From Rhodopila sp. (GTDB lineage: Bacteria; Pseudomonadota; Alphaproteobacteria; Acetobacterales; Acetobacteraceae): a stretch of DNA of 64,000 bases. Each line of letters starts with the position of its first letter. The stretch's first letter is position 1. The position numbers and the translations under genes were made by a program. The notes under the pieces are model-generated. The model was given only the letters and a program-made list of their open reading frames with translations, was not told where the DNA came from and searched no databases. The stretch covers positions 91,629 through 155,628 of the forward strand of contig CBDIDA010000002.1 in assembly GCA_965277505.1 (NCBI GenBank). The letters are read 5' to 3'. Below are positions 17,107 to 26,427 of the stretch, piece after piece.

Positions 17107-17706
17107 ATGACCAAAGTTCTTGTGTTGTATTACTCCAGCTACGGTCACATCGAGCAGATGGCCGAAGCGGTCGCCGCTGGCGCGCGGGAGACCGGCGCCA
17201 CCGTCGACATCCGTCGCGTGGCGGAGACCGCGCCCGAGGAGGTTGCCCGGCAGAACCATTTCAAGCTGGACCAGGCGGCGGCGGTGGCCTCGGTCGCGGA
17301 GCTGGAGCACTACGACGCCATTGTCTTGGGCGCACCAACACGCTACGGGCGCATGGCTTCACAGATGGCGAGCTTCCTCGACCAGACCGGTGGGCTGTGG
17401 CTACGCGGTGCACTAAACGGCAAGGTGGGTGCGGTGTTCACCTCCACGGCCAGCCAGCACGGTGGCCAGGAGACGACCCTGTTCAGCCTGATCACCAACC
17501 TGATGCATCTGGGTTTGATCATCGTCGGCTTGCCATACAGCTTTCAGGGACAGCTAACGCTCGACGAGATTACCGGCGGTTCACCCTACGGCGCCACGAC
17601 CATCGCCGCCGGTAATGGCGCTCGGCAGCCGAGCGAGAACGAGCTTGCCGGCGCGCGCTTCCAGGGCAAGCTGGTTGCGCAAACAGCGGCCAAGTTGGCT
17701 GCCTGA
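17107..17706 (+). CDS. wrbA: NAD(P)H:quinone oxidoreductase, type IV (WrbA flavodoxin-like)
   Basis: [19 protein letters not shown]...[24 protein letters not shown]...[14 protein letters not shown]. Confidence 0.9.
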   Translation: MTKVLVLYYSSYGHIEQMAEAVAAGARETGATVDIRRVAETAPEEVARQNHFKLDQAAAVASVAELEHYDAIVLGAPTRYGRMASQMASFLDQTGGLWLRGALNGKVGAVFTSTASQHGGQETTLFSLITNLMHLGLIIVGLPYSFQGQLTLDEITGGSPYGATTIAAGNGARQPSENELAGARFQGKLVAQTAAKLAA

Positions 17707-17950
17707 CGCAACATCAGCCGGTCTGTCCGCTTCAGACCTCGCCTGCTGCGGCGGTGGCACAGGCACTCCCGGTCGTATGATCGGGAGTGATCTATCATGG
17801 ATTATGAAGATGCGATCTGAGACGATGTGATCAGATGGGTACCCACGGCCAGACCACGATCGTCTGAGATTTTCATCGGCTTATGGCGTTCGATCATGGT
17901 TCGAGCGGGCAAGGCGTATCTGAGGTTGAGGTCAACCCCAGACAAATGCA

Positions 17951-19045
17951 CTAAGGCACAGCCGCACCCTGGGTATTGACATACAGGGCGTAGACCGAGG
18001 TGCTGGCGCACATGTAGAGGCGGTTGCGCAACAGGCCGCCAAAGCACAGGTTGGCGCAGGTCTCCGGCAGATGGATCTTGCCGATCATATCGCCATTGGG
18101 GGCATAACAGCGTACCCCATCCTCCTTTGGATCACCCCAGCCCATGCTGGTCCAGACATTCCCCTCGATATCGAGGCGCATGCCGTCGGTGAAGCCGGGA
18201 AGGAAGTTCTCCGCGAAGACCTTGCTGTTGGACAGTTTGCCGGCCGCGAGATCGACATCGAAGGCACGGATGTGGGCGGGGCCGCCATCAGTTGCACCGC
18301 TATCAATAATATAGAGTTTCTTTTCATCCGGCGAGAAAGCCAGGCCGTTCGGCTGGACGAAGTCGTCGACCACCACCTTGACCTCACCGCTGTGCGGATC
18401 GGCGCGATAGACGTTGTGCTTGTCCTGCTCCTGCTGCGCCTTCAGGCCCTCGTAGTTGCCGTTAATGCCGTACGAGGGGTCGGTGAACCAGATCGAGTCG
18501 TCCGAGGCAACGACGACGTCGTTCGGTGAGTTCAGCTTCTTGCCGTTGTAGCTGTCGGCGATGACGGTGATGCTCCCGTCCAGTTCCGTCCGCACGACGC
18601 GGCGACCACCATGCTGGCAACTGATCAGGCGGCCTTGGCGGTCGGCCGTGTTGCCGTTCGAATTAAATGAAGGTGTGCGGAAGACGCTGAGGTGGTTGTC
18701 GTCCTCCAGCAGCCGCATCTGTCGGTTGTTGGGGATGTCGCTGAAGATCAGGTAGCGGCCAGCGCGGAAATAGGCCGGACCCTCCGCCCAACGCATGCCG
18801 GTGGCCACGCGTTCGACCGCACCGGTGCCTGGGCTGCCCTTGAATCGCTTGGCATCCAGCGCCTCGATATGCGGATCAGGATAGCGCGAGCCGGACAACG
18901 GGCCCAGCGGCATCTGGTCGTCGGGCGACACCGCCAATGGGTTGCCGGTCTCTCCCAGCAGGGGCAACTCAGCACCCGCGGCTGTCTGCAATGTCGCGGC
19001 GGCTGCGCCCACGGTGGATGTGGCCAGGAATGCGCGTCTGTTCAT
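17951..19045 (-). CDS. SMP-30/gluconolactonase/LRE-family protein with Tat signal
   Basis: Start MNRRAFLATSTVGAAAATL, preceded by GAGGAA. Beta-propeller motifs GPAYF..GRYLIFSDIPNN, NSPNDVVV..DSIWFTDP, PNGLAFSPDEKKLY. Confidence 0.8.
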   Translation of the reverse strand: MNRRAFLATSTVGAAAATLQTAAGAELPLLGETGNPLAVSPDDQMPLGPLSGSRYPDPHIEALDAKRFKGSPGTGAVERVATGMRWAEGPAYFRAGRYLIFSDIPNNRQMRLLEDDNHLSVFRTPSFNSNGNTADRQGRLISCQHGGRRVVRTELDGSITVIADSYNGKKLNSPNDVVVASDDSIWFTDPSYGINGNYEGLKAQQEQDKHNVYRADPHSGEVKVVVDDFVQPNGLAFSPDEKKLYIIDSGATDGGPAHIRAFDVDLAAGKLSNSKVFAENFLPGFTDGMRLDIEGNVWTSMGWGDPKEDGVRCYAPNGDMIGKIHLPETCANLCFGGLLRNRLYMCASTSVYALYVNTQGAAVP

Positions 19046-19209
19046 GTTCGTTTCCTCGTTCATTGCCCTTTGGCCAGGGCTTGTCTGCAGGCTGTCAACG
19101 CCGCCTGCGTCGCGCGGAGCGCCGCAGTCATGCGGCATCGCTCGTGACCAAAAGGTAAGCGTGTTGTGGTGGCGGATGTCTAGTCCGGGGGCAGCGACTT
19201 AAGGGCCAG

Positions 19210-20058
19210 TCAGGCTTCGGGAATTGCCTGTCGCCACAGGCTGGCGCGGGGACCGGTCAACAGACTGAGCAGCCACAGGCCACCGGCAACTAATACGATC
19301 GCCGGACCGGCGGGAATATCGAGGTTGAACGAGACTGTGAGTCCGCAGACCGAGGCAAGGCAGGCCAGCAGTACAGCAGTGCGGACCTGGCCAGCCAGGG
19401 TATCGGACCAGTGTTGGGCTGCGATTGCAGGCAACATCATCAGTCCAACCGACATCAGGGTGCCGAGGGCGACGAAGCCGGAGACCACGCACAGCACGAC
19501 CAGCATCAGAAAGACGAGGTGCCACAGACCCCCCTTCCCTGCCGTTGCTGCCATGAACCCGGGATCCAGGCTTTCCAGTATCAACGGGCGCCAGATCAGC
19601 GCCAGCACCGGCAAGGTCACGGTGGCGACGCCGGCCATGCCGAACAGGGCGGTGTCATCCACCGCCAGCACGTTGCCGAACAGGATGTGAGTCAGGTCCA
19701 GGCTGCGCTGGGATGAGATCAGCGCCACGCCAGCGGCCAGCGCCAGCAGATACATGCCGGCGAGTTGGCTGTCCTCCCGCCCACCGGTTCGCCGGGCCAG
19801 CCAGCCGGCGATGACGGCGACCCCAAGGCCGGCAGCGAGGCCGCCGAGGCCCATGGCCCAAACCGACAGGCCGGCGGTGATGGCCCCCACAGCGATGCCA
19901 GGCAGGACGCCATGCTGCAGAACATCGCTCATCAGGCTCATGCGGCGAAGCACCAGGAACACACCCAGCGGGGGTGCCGCGACCGAGAGGGCCAGGCAGC
20001 CTGCCAGTGCACGGCGCATGAAGCCCAGCGCAAAAGGCTCCAGCAGAAGCTCACGCAT
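19210..20058 (-). CDS. metal (Zn/Mn) ABC transporter permease (ABC-3 family)
   Basis: 282-aa multi-TM protein, MRELLLEPFALGFMRRALAG... Its ATG overlaps the stop of the upstream ATPase gene (ATGA). Confidence 0.8.
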   Translation of the reverse strand: MRELLLEPFALGFMRRALAGCLALSVAAPPLGVFLVLRRMSLMSDVLQHGVLPGIAVGAITAGLSVWAMGLGGLAAGLGVAVIAGWLARRTGGREDSQLAGMYLLALAAGVALISSQRSLDLTHILFGNVLAVDDTALFGMAGVATVTLPVLALIWRPLILESLDPGFMAATAGKGGLWHLVFLMLVVLCVVSGFVALGTLMSVGLMMLPAIAAQHWSDTLAGQVRTAVLLACLASVCGLTVSFNLDIPAGPAIVLVAGGLWLLSLLTGPRASLWRQAIPEA

Positions 20059-20720
20059 CAAGCCGCCCGACGTCCCGGGTCCGGCAATGCGTCCCAATGG
20101 GCGGTCTGGTCCTCCAGCCGGACGATGGCGGGAAAATGTCGATGCACCAGATCCATGTCGTGCAGCACCGCGACGACGGTCCGGCCCTGGATGCACCAGT
20201 CTTGGATGACGGATAACAGCAGCCGCGTGGTGTTGGCGTCGACGGCGGTGAATGGCTCATCGAGCAGGATCAGCCGGGCGTCTTGAACAATGGTGCGGGC
20301 GAACAGCACGCGTTGGAACTGCCCAGCCGACAGCGCCTGGATCGGACGGCTGGCCAAGTCGAGCAACCCGACCCGCTGCAGCGCCGCCTGGGCTGCGAGC
20401 AACCGGTTGCGGCCGACCGCCCGGAACGGACCCAGCCGATGCGCGGCCAGTGCCACCACATCGCGGCAGGTGATCGGAAATGAACGGTCAAGGTGGCTGC
20501 CCTGCGCCAGCAAGGCGATGTCGGCTGCCGCCAGTCCATGTCGGTCGATGCTGCCCGCAGCCAGTGGATGCAAACCGGCGACAGATCGCAGTAGGGTGGT
20601 CTTGCCTGAACCGTTGGCACCAATCAGCGCCGTCTGGCTGCCGGCGGGAAAACGCCCTGACACGGCTGACAGAATGGCCCGTGAGCCATGGCGCAATTCC
20701 ACGTCATCCAGCGTGATCAT
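20058..20720 (-). CDS. metal ABC transporter ATP-binding protein (ZnuC-like)
   Basis: Walker A GANGSGKTT, signature LSAGQFQRV, Walker B LILLDEP. Start is the ATG at 20720 (GTG at 20729 also possible). Confidence 0.85.
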   Translation of the reverse strand: MITLDDVELRHGSRAILSAVSGRFPAGSQTALIGANGSGKTTLLRSVAGLHPLAAGSIDRHGLAAADIALLAQGSHLDRSFPITCRDVVALAAHRLGPFRAVGRNRLLAAQAALQRVGLLDLASRPIQALSAGQFQRVLFARTIVQDARLILLDEPFTAVDANTTRLLLSVIQDWCIQGRTVVAVLHDMDLVHRHFPAIVRLEDQTAHWDALPDPGRRAA

Positions 20721-20818
20721 TGAGCCCACAGCACAATCCCCCAGACGCAGGTCAGTATTGCTGCCGCAAGCAACAGACGGGACAGCGCGCCGGCGACAGG
20801 GGAAAGCGGATCACTCAT

Positions 20819-20833
20819 GGTTACAGTATAACA
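20819..20833. promoter_or_regulatory. possible Zur-type box GGTTACA-G-TATAACA upstream of the metal ABC operon
   Basis: An imperfect palindrome about 90-100 nt upstream of the ATPase start. It resembles the proteobacterial Zur core TGTTATA-W-TATAACA with 2-3 mismatches. Confidence 0.3.
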
Positions 20834-20955
20834 TACACCCACTTCGACGAAAGATCGATGGCCGGACGAATGGTTCGATGAGCGACCAGTTTGCCGGGGG
20901 GTAAGTCCCACGTCGCGGTTGGACGGACGCTCGGCGGGCGCCTAAACAGGCGCCG

Positions 20956-22257
20956 ATGACTGAAGCGGCGAAGACCCGATCCGATCCTGACACGCTCGCC
21001 CGCCAGACGTTGCGTCGCTACCGGATGTTTGCCTCTGGCCTGCTGGCGTTGATGGCTGCGATCACACTGCTGACCTATGCTTTGCCGCCGAACTGGTGGA
21101 ACGGCCTGCTGCAGGCCGCGGCGAAGGCGGGTTTCATAGGCGGCATTGCCGACTGGTTTGCGGTGACGGCGTTGTTTCGTTATCCACTAGGCATACCGAT
21201 CCCGCATACCGCGATCATCCCGAACCAGCGAGCGCGCTTGGGTCAGGCGCTGGGGCGCTTCGTCGCCAACCACGTCTTTACTGGGAAGGAGATCTCGAAC
21301 GTTTTGGGGCAGCTTGATCTGCCCGGCATCCTGCACCGCTTTCTGGCTGATCCGGCGGCGGCGCATCCTGCAGCGGTGGCGCTGGCGGGTACGGTGCCCA
21401 AACTGCTGGCCTCCGTGGAGGACGGGCGGGCAAGACGCATTCTGTCTCGGGTGGTGCCGCGGATCATGGGCGGACCTGCGGCGGGCAAAGTGGTAGCGCA
21501 GGCGCTGCACAACCTGGTGGAAGGCGGCCGGCATCAAGAGGTTTTCGGCTTCATTCTGGGACAGTTGAAAGCGACGCTGGTGGGGCGGGAAAGCGCGCTG
21601 CGCGTGGCGATCGAGGAGCGGGTGCGTGAGCAAGGTGGCCGGCTGGTGGGCTGGGCGCTGGGTGCCTCGATCGCCCGGCGGGTGCTGGCGCTGGTAAATA
21701 CCGAGCTGGACAAGATGAGCCCGGACGGATCGGAGCTGCGGGCGGCGTTTGATGAATGGGTGCGTCGGGAGATTGGCCGCATGGAGACGGAACCGGCGCG
21801 TGCGGCCGAGGTCGGCGCAGCGATCCGGCGGGTGATCTCCCACGAGACGCTGCAGGCCTGGATGTGGGATGTCTGGACGCGGATCCGCGTCGGCGTGGAT
21901 GCCGATATCGCCAAGCCGAACGGTCGGGTGGTCAGCTACATTGAAGGTGCGCTGGGAAACCTGGGCAGCATCCTGGAGGCTGATCCGGCGGCGCGGGCGC
22001 GCCTGCAGGCGGCGTCGGAGGGCATCATCCGCTCGTTAATGCCGGCCGCCCAGTTGCGAATTGCCGATTTCATCGGCCAGGTCGTGGCCAACTGGGACAC
22101 CGCCACGCTGGTCGACCGGCTTGAGCTGCGGGTGGGCCGGGACTTGCAATATATCCGTATGAACGGGACCATCGTTGGCTTCCTGATTGGTGGCCTGCTG
22201 TATGCAGTGCTGGACACCCTGTTCGGACACGTCAGTTTCGGGCATCTGGGTTTTTGA
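20956..22257 (+). CDS. DUF445-domain membrane protein
   Basis: 433 aa. N-terminal TM, then GGIADWFAVTALFRYPLGIPIPHTAIIP, the hallmark DUF445 start. C-terminal TM INGTIVGFLIGGLLY. Confidence 0.7.
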   Translation: MTEAAKTRSDPDTLARQTLRRYRMFASGLLALMAAITLLTYALPPNWWNGLLQAAAKAGFIGGIADWFAVTALFRYPLGIPIPHTAIIPNQRARLGQALGRFVANHVFTGKEISNVLGQLDLPGILHRFLADPAAAHPAAVALAGTVPKLLASVEDGRARRILSRVVPRIMGGPAAGKVVAQALHNLVEGGRHQEVFGFILGQLKATLVGRESALRVAIEERVREQGGRLVGWALGASIARRVLALVNTELDKMSPDGSELRAAFDEWVRREIGRMETEPARAAEVGAAIRRVISHETLQAWMWDVWTRIRVGVDADIAKPNGRVVSYIEGALGNLGSILEADPAARARLQAASEGIIRSLMPAAQLRIADFIGQVVANWDTATLVDRLELRVGRDLQYIRMNGTIVGFLIGGLLYAVLDTLFGHVSFGHLGF

Positions 22258-22271
22258 GTGGAGCGAGGTGC

Positions 22272-23276
22272 ATGGTTCGGCTTTCGGTTCTCGACCAGTC
22301 CACCATTGTCTCCGGCCGGTCGCCGGACACCTCGATCCGCGAGAGCATTGCGTTGGCGCAATACTGCGAAGGGTTGGGCTACCATCGCTACTGGTGCGCG
22401 GAGCATCACAACTCCGATGGTCAGGCGGGCACGGCGCCGGAGATCCTGATCGCGGCGATCGCGGCGACGACGCGGCGCATCCGTGTCGGGTCGGCCGGGG
22501 TAATGCTGCCGCATTACGCAGCATTGAAGGTTGCGGAGCAGTTCCGCGTGCTGGAAGCGATCGCGCCCGGGCGGATCGATCTGGGACTGGGACGGGCTCC
22601 GGGGTCTGACGGGCGGACGGCCTATGCGCTGAACCCCAGGGCGGAGACAGCGGCGGACCGGTTTCCGGCGGACGTGCGCGACCTGCTGGCCTGGCTGAGC
22701 GGCGAGAAGCTGGTCGAAGGGCATCCGTTCCGCGACATCCGGGCCCAGCCGCAGGGTCCGACGACGCCGGCGGTATGGGTGCTTGGCAGTTCGGATTATG
22801 GTGCGCAGGTTGCAGCGTATTTTGGCTTGCCGTTCTGCTTCGCCCACTTCATTGGCGACGGCCAGGGCCTTGGCGAGGCCATGGCAATCTATCGCGAGGG
22901 ATTCCGGCCGAGCGCTGAGCTAGCCGCACCACATGCCGCGCTGTGCGTGTGGGCGCTGGCTGCGGAGACGCAGGAGGAAGCGGTACATCATTTCCGCTCC
23001 CGCGAGATGTGGCGGCTTAATCGCGACCGTGGCGTGTTCACGGCGCTGCTGTCACCGCAAGAAGTAATGCGCCACCAGCTTTCCGACACGGAGACGGCGC
23101 GGCTGGAGCGGTTGCGAGCACTCTCGCTTTATGGCACGGCGGATATTGTCGGCGGACGATTGACGGCGCTGGCTGAAGAACACGGCGTTGATGAGATCGC
23201 CGTCCTTACGACGCTGCACGACCCAGAGGCGCGGCGGCGGTCGTATGCGCTGCTGGCGGATGCGATGATGAGGTAG
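22272..23276 (+). CDS. LLM-class flavin-dependent oxidoreductase (YhbW/MsnO8-like)
   Basis: MVRLSVLDQS...SIALAQYCEGLGYHRYWCAEHHN...GSAGVMLPHY...RIDLGLGRAPG. Confidence 0.8.
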   Translation: MVRLSVLDQSTIVSGRSPDTSIRESIALAQYCEGLGYHRYWCAEHHNSDGQAGTAPEILIAAIAATTRRIRVGSAGVMLPHYAALKVAEQFRVLEAIAPGRIDLGLGRAPGSDGRTAYALNPRAETAADRFPADVRDLLAWLSGEKLVEGHPFRDIRAQPQGPTTPAVWVLGSSDYGAQVAAYFGLPFCFAHFIGDGQGLGEAMAIYREGFRPSAELAAPHAALCVWALAAETQEEAVHHFRSREMWRLNRDRGVFTALLSPQEVMRHQLSDTETARLERLRALSLYGTADIVGGRLTALAEEHGVDEIAVLTTLHDPEARRRSYALLADAMMR

Positions 23277-23324
23277 ACGGATCGGCAGACGATGCCGCGG
23301 CTGCCAGGGTTTATCCAAAGACCG

Positions 23325-23609
23325 CTATGGGCGCCAGACGTTTTGCCTGGAGCGCCCCATTTGTTGAGCACGCCATACGCGATAGCGAAACATGGCCCAG
23401 GCGACAACCGCGGCACCAAGGGCTACCGGCAGGACCAGCAACGCGAGCCATAGGGCAAATGCGGCGAACGAAATCCCACCCGCAATTATTGCTACGATCA
23501 GCGCCCACATCAGGATCCTGCTGGTAATAGGCGTCGCCGGCGGCGACACGAACTCACCATTCAGGGTCATGTCCAGTTCAGGTGGCCGGCGCGGGTTCAT
23601 GGAAGTCAT
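23325..23609 (-). CDS. small membrane protein, unknown function
   Basis: 94-aa ORF with two clear TM helices (ILMWALIVAIIAGGISFAAFALWLALLVLPVALGAAVVAWAMF). Start is uncertain. Confidence 0.4.
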   Translation of the reverse strand: MTSMNPRRPPELDMTLNGEFVSPPATPITSRILMWALIVAIIAGGISFAAFALWLALLVLPVALGAAVVAWAMFRYRVWRAQQMGRSRQNVWRP

Positions 23610-23687
23610 TTGGCTGCCCTTGGCGCCGGTTCAAGCCCGATCGTAGTCTAAGCCTCAGGCATGAAAGCGGTGCAGGGAGATCAGGCC

Positions 23688-24668
23688 ATGAAGGTCGGGC
23701 TTTTTATCAACACGCAGTATCCAGAAGACGTGAACGTGCCGGCGCAGATACCAGCTCTCGTCGAACAGGTGCGCGTGGCTCGGGATGCCGGATTCAGCTC
23801 GCTATGGTTTCCACATCACTGGCTAACGGCACCGATGCAGATGCTGCAGATCATGCCGGCAATGGCCTATCTTGCGGCGGAGGCCAAGGGGATGGTGATC
23901 GGACCAAACATCCTGATCCTGCCGCTGCTGAACCCGATGCATGTCGCCGAGGAATCGGCCACGCTGGACGTGCTGACCAGCGGAAACTACGTGCTGGGTG
24001 CGGGCCTGGGGTATCGCGAGCCGGAGTTCACCGCCTTCGGCATCCCGCTGGCAGAGCGAGCCGGACGGTTCACCGAGAGTTTAACGCTGATGCGCAAACT
24101 CTGGGCGGGGGGACGCATCACGCATGAAGGCAAGTTCTTTACCGTCCGCGATGCAGGGATCAGCCTGAAGCCGGCACGGGCGGGCGGGCCGCCTGTGTAC
24201 GTCGCGGGACTGGTCGACTCCGCGGTGCGGCGGGCCGCGCGGATCGGCGATGCATGGCTGATCGCCAACGCCAGCTCGATACAGGAGATCATGCCGCAGA
24301 TGCAGACCTACCGGGCAGCCTTGCAGGAATACGGCCGGCCGCCGCTGGAGTTTCCGATCGCGCGGGAGTGCTATGTCGGCAGCAGCCGCGAACAGGCATT
24401 TGCCGAGTGCAAGGCGGCGCTGGAGTACAAGTATGCCGCCTACGCCGCCTGGGGAATGACCAGCCCGCTGGAGGGCACAAGCTTTGAGGCATTTGCCAAC
24501 GACCGGTTCATCATCGGTGACAAGGCCTCGGTAAAGGCCGAGATCCAGCGCTATGTCGAGCTGCTGGGGGTCGACCACTTCATCATGCGCACACAGTGGC
24601 CGGGGCTGGAGCAGGAGAAAGTGCTTGGATCGATCCGACGACTGGGGGAGATATTTTCCTCTCTGTGA
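23688..24668 (+). CDS. LLM-class flavin-dependent oxidoreductase
   Basis: MKVGLFINTQ start preceded by GGGAGA. Luciferase-like TIM-barrel motifs (FSSLWFPHHW, GAGLGYREPEF). Confidence 0.75.
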   Translation: MKVGLFINTQYPEDVNVPAQIPALVEQVRVARDAGFSSLWFPHHWLTAPMQMLQIMPAMAYLAAEAKGMVIGPNILILPLLNPMHVAEESATLDVLTSGNYVLGAGLGYREPEFTAFGIPLAERAGRFTESLTLMRKLWAGGRITHEGKFFTVRDAGISLKPARAGGPPVYVAGLVDSAVRRAARIGDAWLIANASSIQEIMPQMQTYRAALQEYGRPPLEFPIARECYVGSSREQAFAECKAALEYKYAAYAAWGMTSPLEGTSFEAFANDRFIIGDKASVKAEIQRYVELLGVDHFIMRTQWPGLEQEKVLGSIRRLGEIFSSL

Positions 24669-24805
24669 CAGGAATACGGTGATTTTACGGGCCGGCGGGG
24701 GTGGTGCCGGCACAATCACCCGTGTCTAACGCCGCAGTCATCGCGGTATTGTCAGGATGGCCCGAAGCGGTGGGGCCGCAGCGCCCGGAAGGATAGCGAG
24801 TTTGC

Positions 24806-25405
24806 ATGCTGACCGATCTTCCCAATATCCTGACGCTATCGCGTATTCTTGCCGTGCCGGTGATCGTGATGCTCGTTGTGGTTTCGACGCCAGAGGGCGA
24901 TGCGGCTGCCTGCCTGTTGTTCGTGGCCGCTGCGATCACCGACTATCTGGACGGGCGGCTGGCGCGCTCCTGGCGGCAGCAGTCTGAGTTGGGACGAATG
25001 CTCGACCCGATCGCCGACAAGCTTCTCGTGGGTGGCGTTCTGATGGTGCTGGTCGGGCGCACGCGGATCTCCGCCTGGGGTCTGTATCCAGCGATTATCA
25101 TCATGTTGCGCGAGATCCTGGTCAGCGGTCTGCGCGAGTATCTCGCTAGCATCAAGATTGGCCTGCCGGTCACGCGGCTGGCCAAATGGAAGACCGGTTT
25201 CCAGATGACCGCGCTTGGCTTGCTACTCGCCGGCAACAGCACGGCGATGCTGCTGGGGATCGATTTCATTCCGGTCTCTCAGTTGGGCGAGGTCATGCTG
25301 TGGGTGGCCGCAGCACTGACCTTGATCACCGGGTGGCACTACCTGTCGGTGGGCATGAACCACATGGTGAACGGACCAGTAGCTCGCCCCTCGCTCAAGG
25401 AGTAG
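24806..25405 (+). CDS. pgsA: CDP-diacylglycerol--glycerol-3-phosphate 3-phosphatidyltransferase
   Basis: CDP-alcohol phosphotransferase motif DYLDGRLAR...GRMLDPIADKLLV. N-terminus NILTLSRILAVPVIV resembles E. coli PgsA. Confidence 0.85.
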   Translation: MLTDLPNILTLSRILAVPVIVMLVVVSTPEGDAAACLLFVAAAITDYLDGRLARSWRQQSELGRMLDPIADKLLVGGVLMVLVGRTRISAWGLYPAIIIMLREILVSGLREYLASIKIGLPVTRLAKWKTGFQMTALGLLLAGNSTAMLLGIDFIPVSQLGEVMLWVAAALTLITGWHYLSVGMNHMVNGPVARPSLKE

Positions 25406-25437
25406 CCGGAGGCACTCGGACACGGACTTGACTGAGC

Positions 25438-26334
25438 CTACAGCAGATCGGCCACAGCCTGACGGAATCGGGTAATGGCGGCGAGATGATCGGCCGCCGT
25501 ATGACCTGCGATGCGCTTGTGGTGGCCCATGGCGAAGGTTGTGTGGCCGGTCACATGGGTCACGCCGGCCTGCTTCCAGAAAGCAAAGTCACGATGCCAG
25601 GCTTCGTCGTCGCCGGACCCCAGCGACAGCCAGACCTCCAAGCCGACCTGGGAAGGGTCGCGGCCTTCGGCCTTGATCAGGCCGCGGAGCTTCTCGAACA
25701 CCGCGAGCGCCGACTCATCTGCGGGATACGCCAGCGGCATCCAGCCGTCCCCATACTTCGCCGTGCGCTGCAGCGTGGCTTCGGCGTGGCCGCCGAACCA
25801 GACCGGGATGTGGCCGGAAGCTGGACGAGGGTTTATGCCCGCATCATCGATGGTGTGGTAGCGGCCCTTGAAGCTGACGTGCGGCTGCGACCACAACGCC
25901 TGCATAACCTGCACCTGTTCCTCGGAGCGGCGGCCGCGGTTGGAGAAGACCTCGTTCAGGCCGGTGAATTCGACCTGATTCCAGCCGACGCCGACACCCA
26001 GCCGCAGGCGGCCCTGCGACAGCACATCCAGGCAGGCGGCCTGCTTGGCGACCAGGACTGCCTGGCGCTGGGCCAGGATCAGCACCCCGGGGGCGAAGCC
26101 CAGGGTGCGGGTGCAGCCGGCGAGGAAGCCGAACAGCACGAACGGGTCATGATAGGGATTTTCATTGGTCCCTACCCTGCCCTGGCCGGTGACAGTGGCG
26201 GGATTGGCCCCCAGCACGTGGTCAGGCGCCTGCAGGTAGTCGAAGCCCAGGCCTTCGACAGTCTGGGCGTAGTCGCGGATCTCTGCGGGGCCGGTGCCGA
26301 TATCGGCTACGGGAATGGTTGCGCCCAACTGCAT
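25438..26334 (-). CDS. LLM-class oxidoreductase (TIGR03619 'F420-dependent, Rv2161c-like' type)
   Basis: 298 aa with RBS AGGAGA. RLGVGVGWNQVEFTGLNEVFSNRGRRSEEQVQVMQALW. Tandem paralog of 26428..27327. Confidence 0.7.
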   Translation of the reverse strand: MQLGATIPVADIGTGPAEIRDYAQTVEGLGFDYLQAPDHVLGANPATVTGQGRVGTNENPYHDPFVLFGFLAGCTRTLGFAPGVLILAQRQAVLVAKQAACLDVLSQGRLRLGVGVGWNQVEFTGLNEVFSNRGRRSEEQVQVMQALWSQPHVSFKGRYHTIDDAGINPRPASGHIPVWFGGHAEATLQRTAKYGDGWMPLAYPADESALAVFEKLRGLIKAEGRDPSQVGLEVWLSLGSGDDEAWHRDFAFWKQAGVTHVTGHTTFAMGHHKRIAGHTAADHLAAITRFRQAVADLL

Positions 26335-26427
26335 AACTTGATTCTCCTGGTTCGGGTCCGCGGGTGCGCGCTGCCGCTTGCTCAGACCGATGCTTGTCAG
26401 GCCGCCTGATGACGATGCTGGCTGGCA

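Noticed and set aside
20717-20911. Small ORF (33-64 aa, hydrophobic C-terminus) overlapping the start of the ZnuC-like gene
   Set aside because: There is no Shine-Dalgarno before either candidate start. The sequence immediately upstream of the internal ATG is the putative Zur-type palindrome, so this is more likely promoter/operator DNA.
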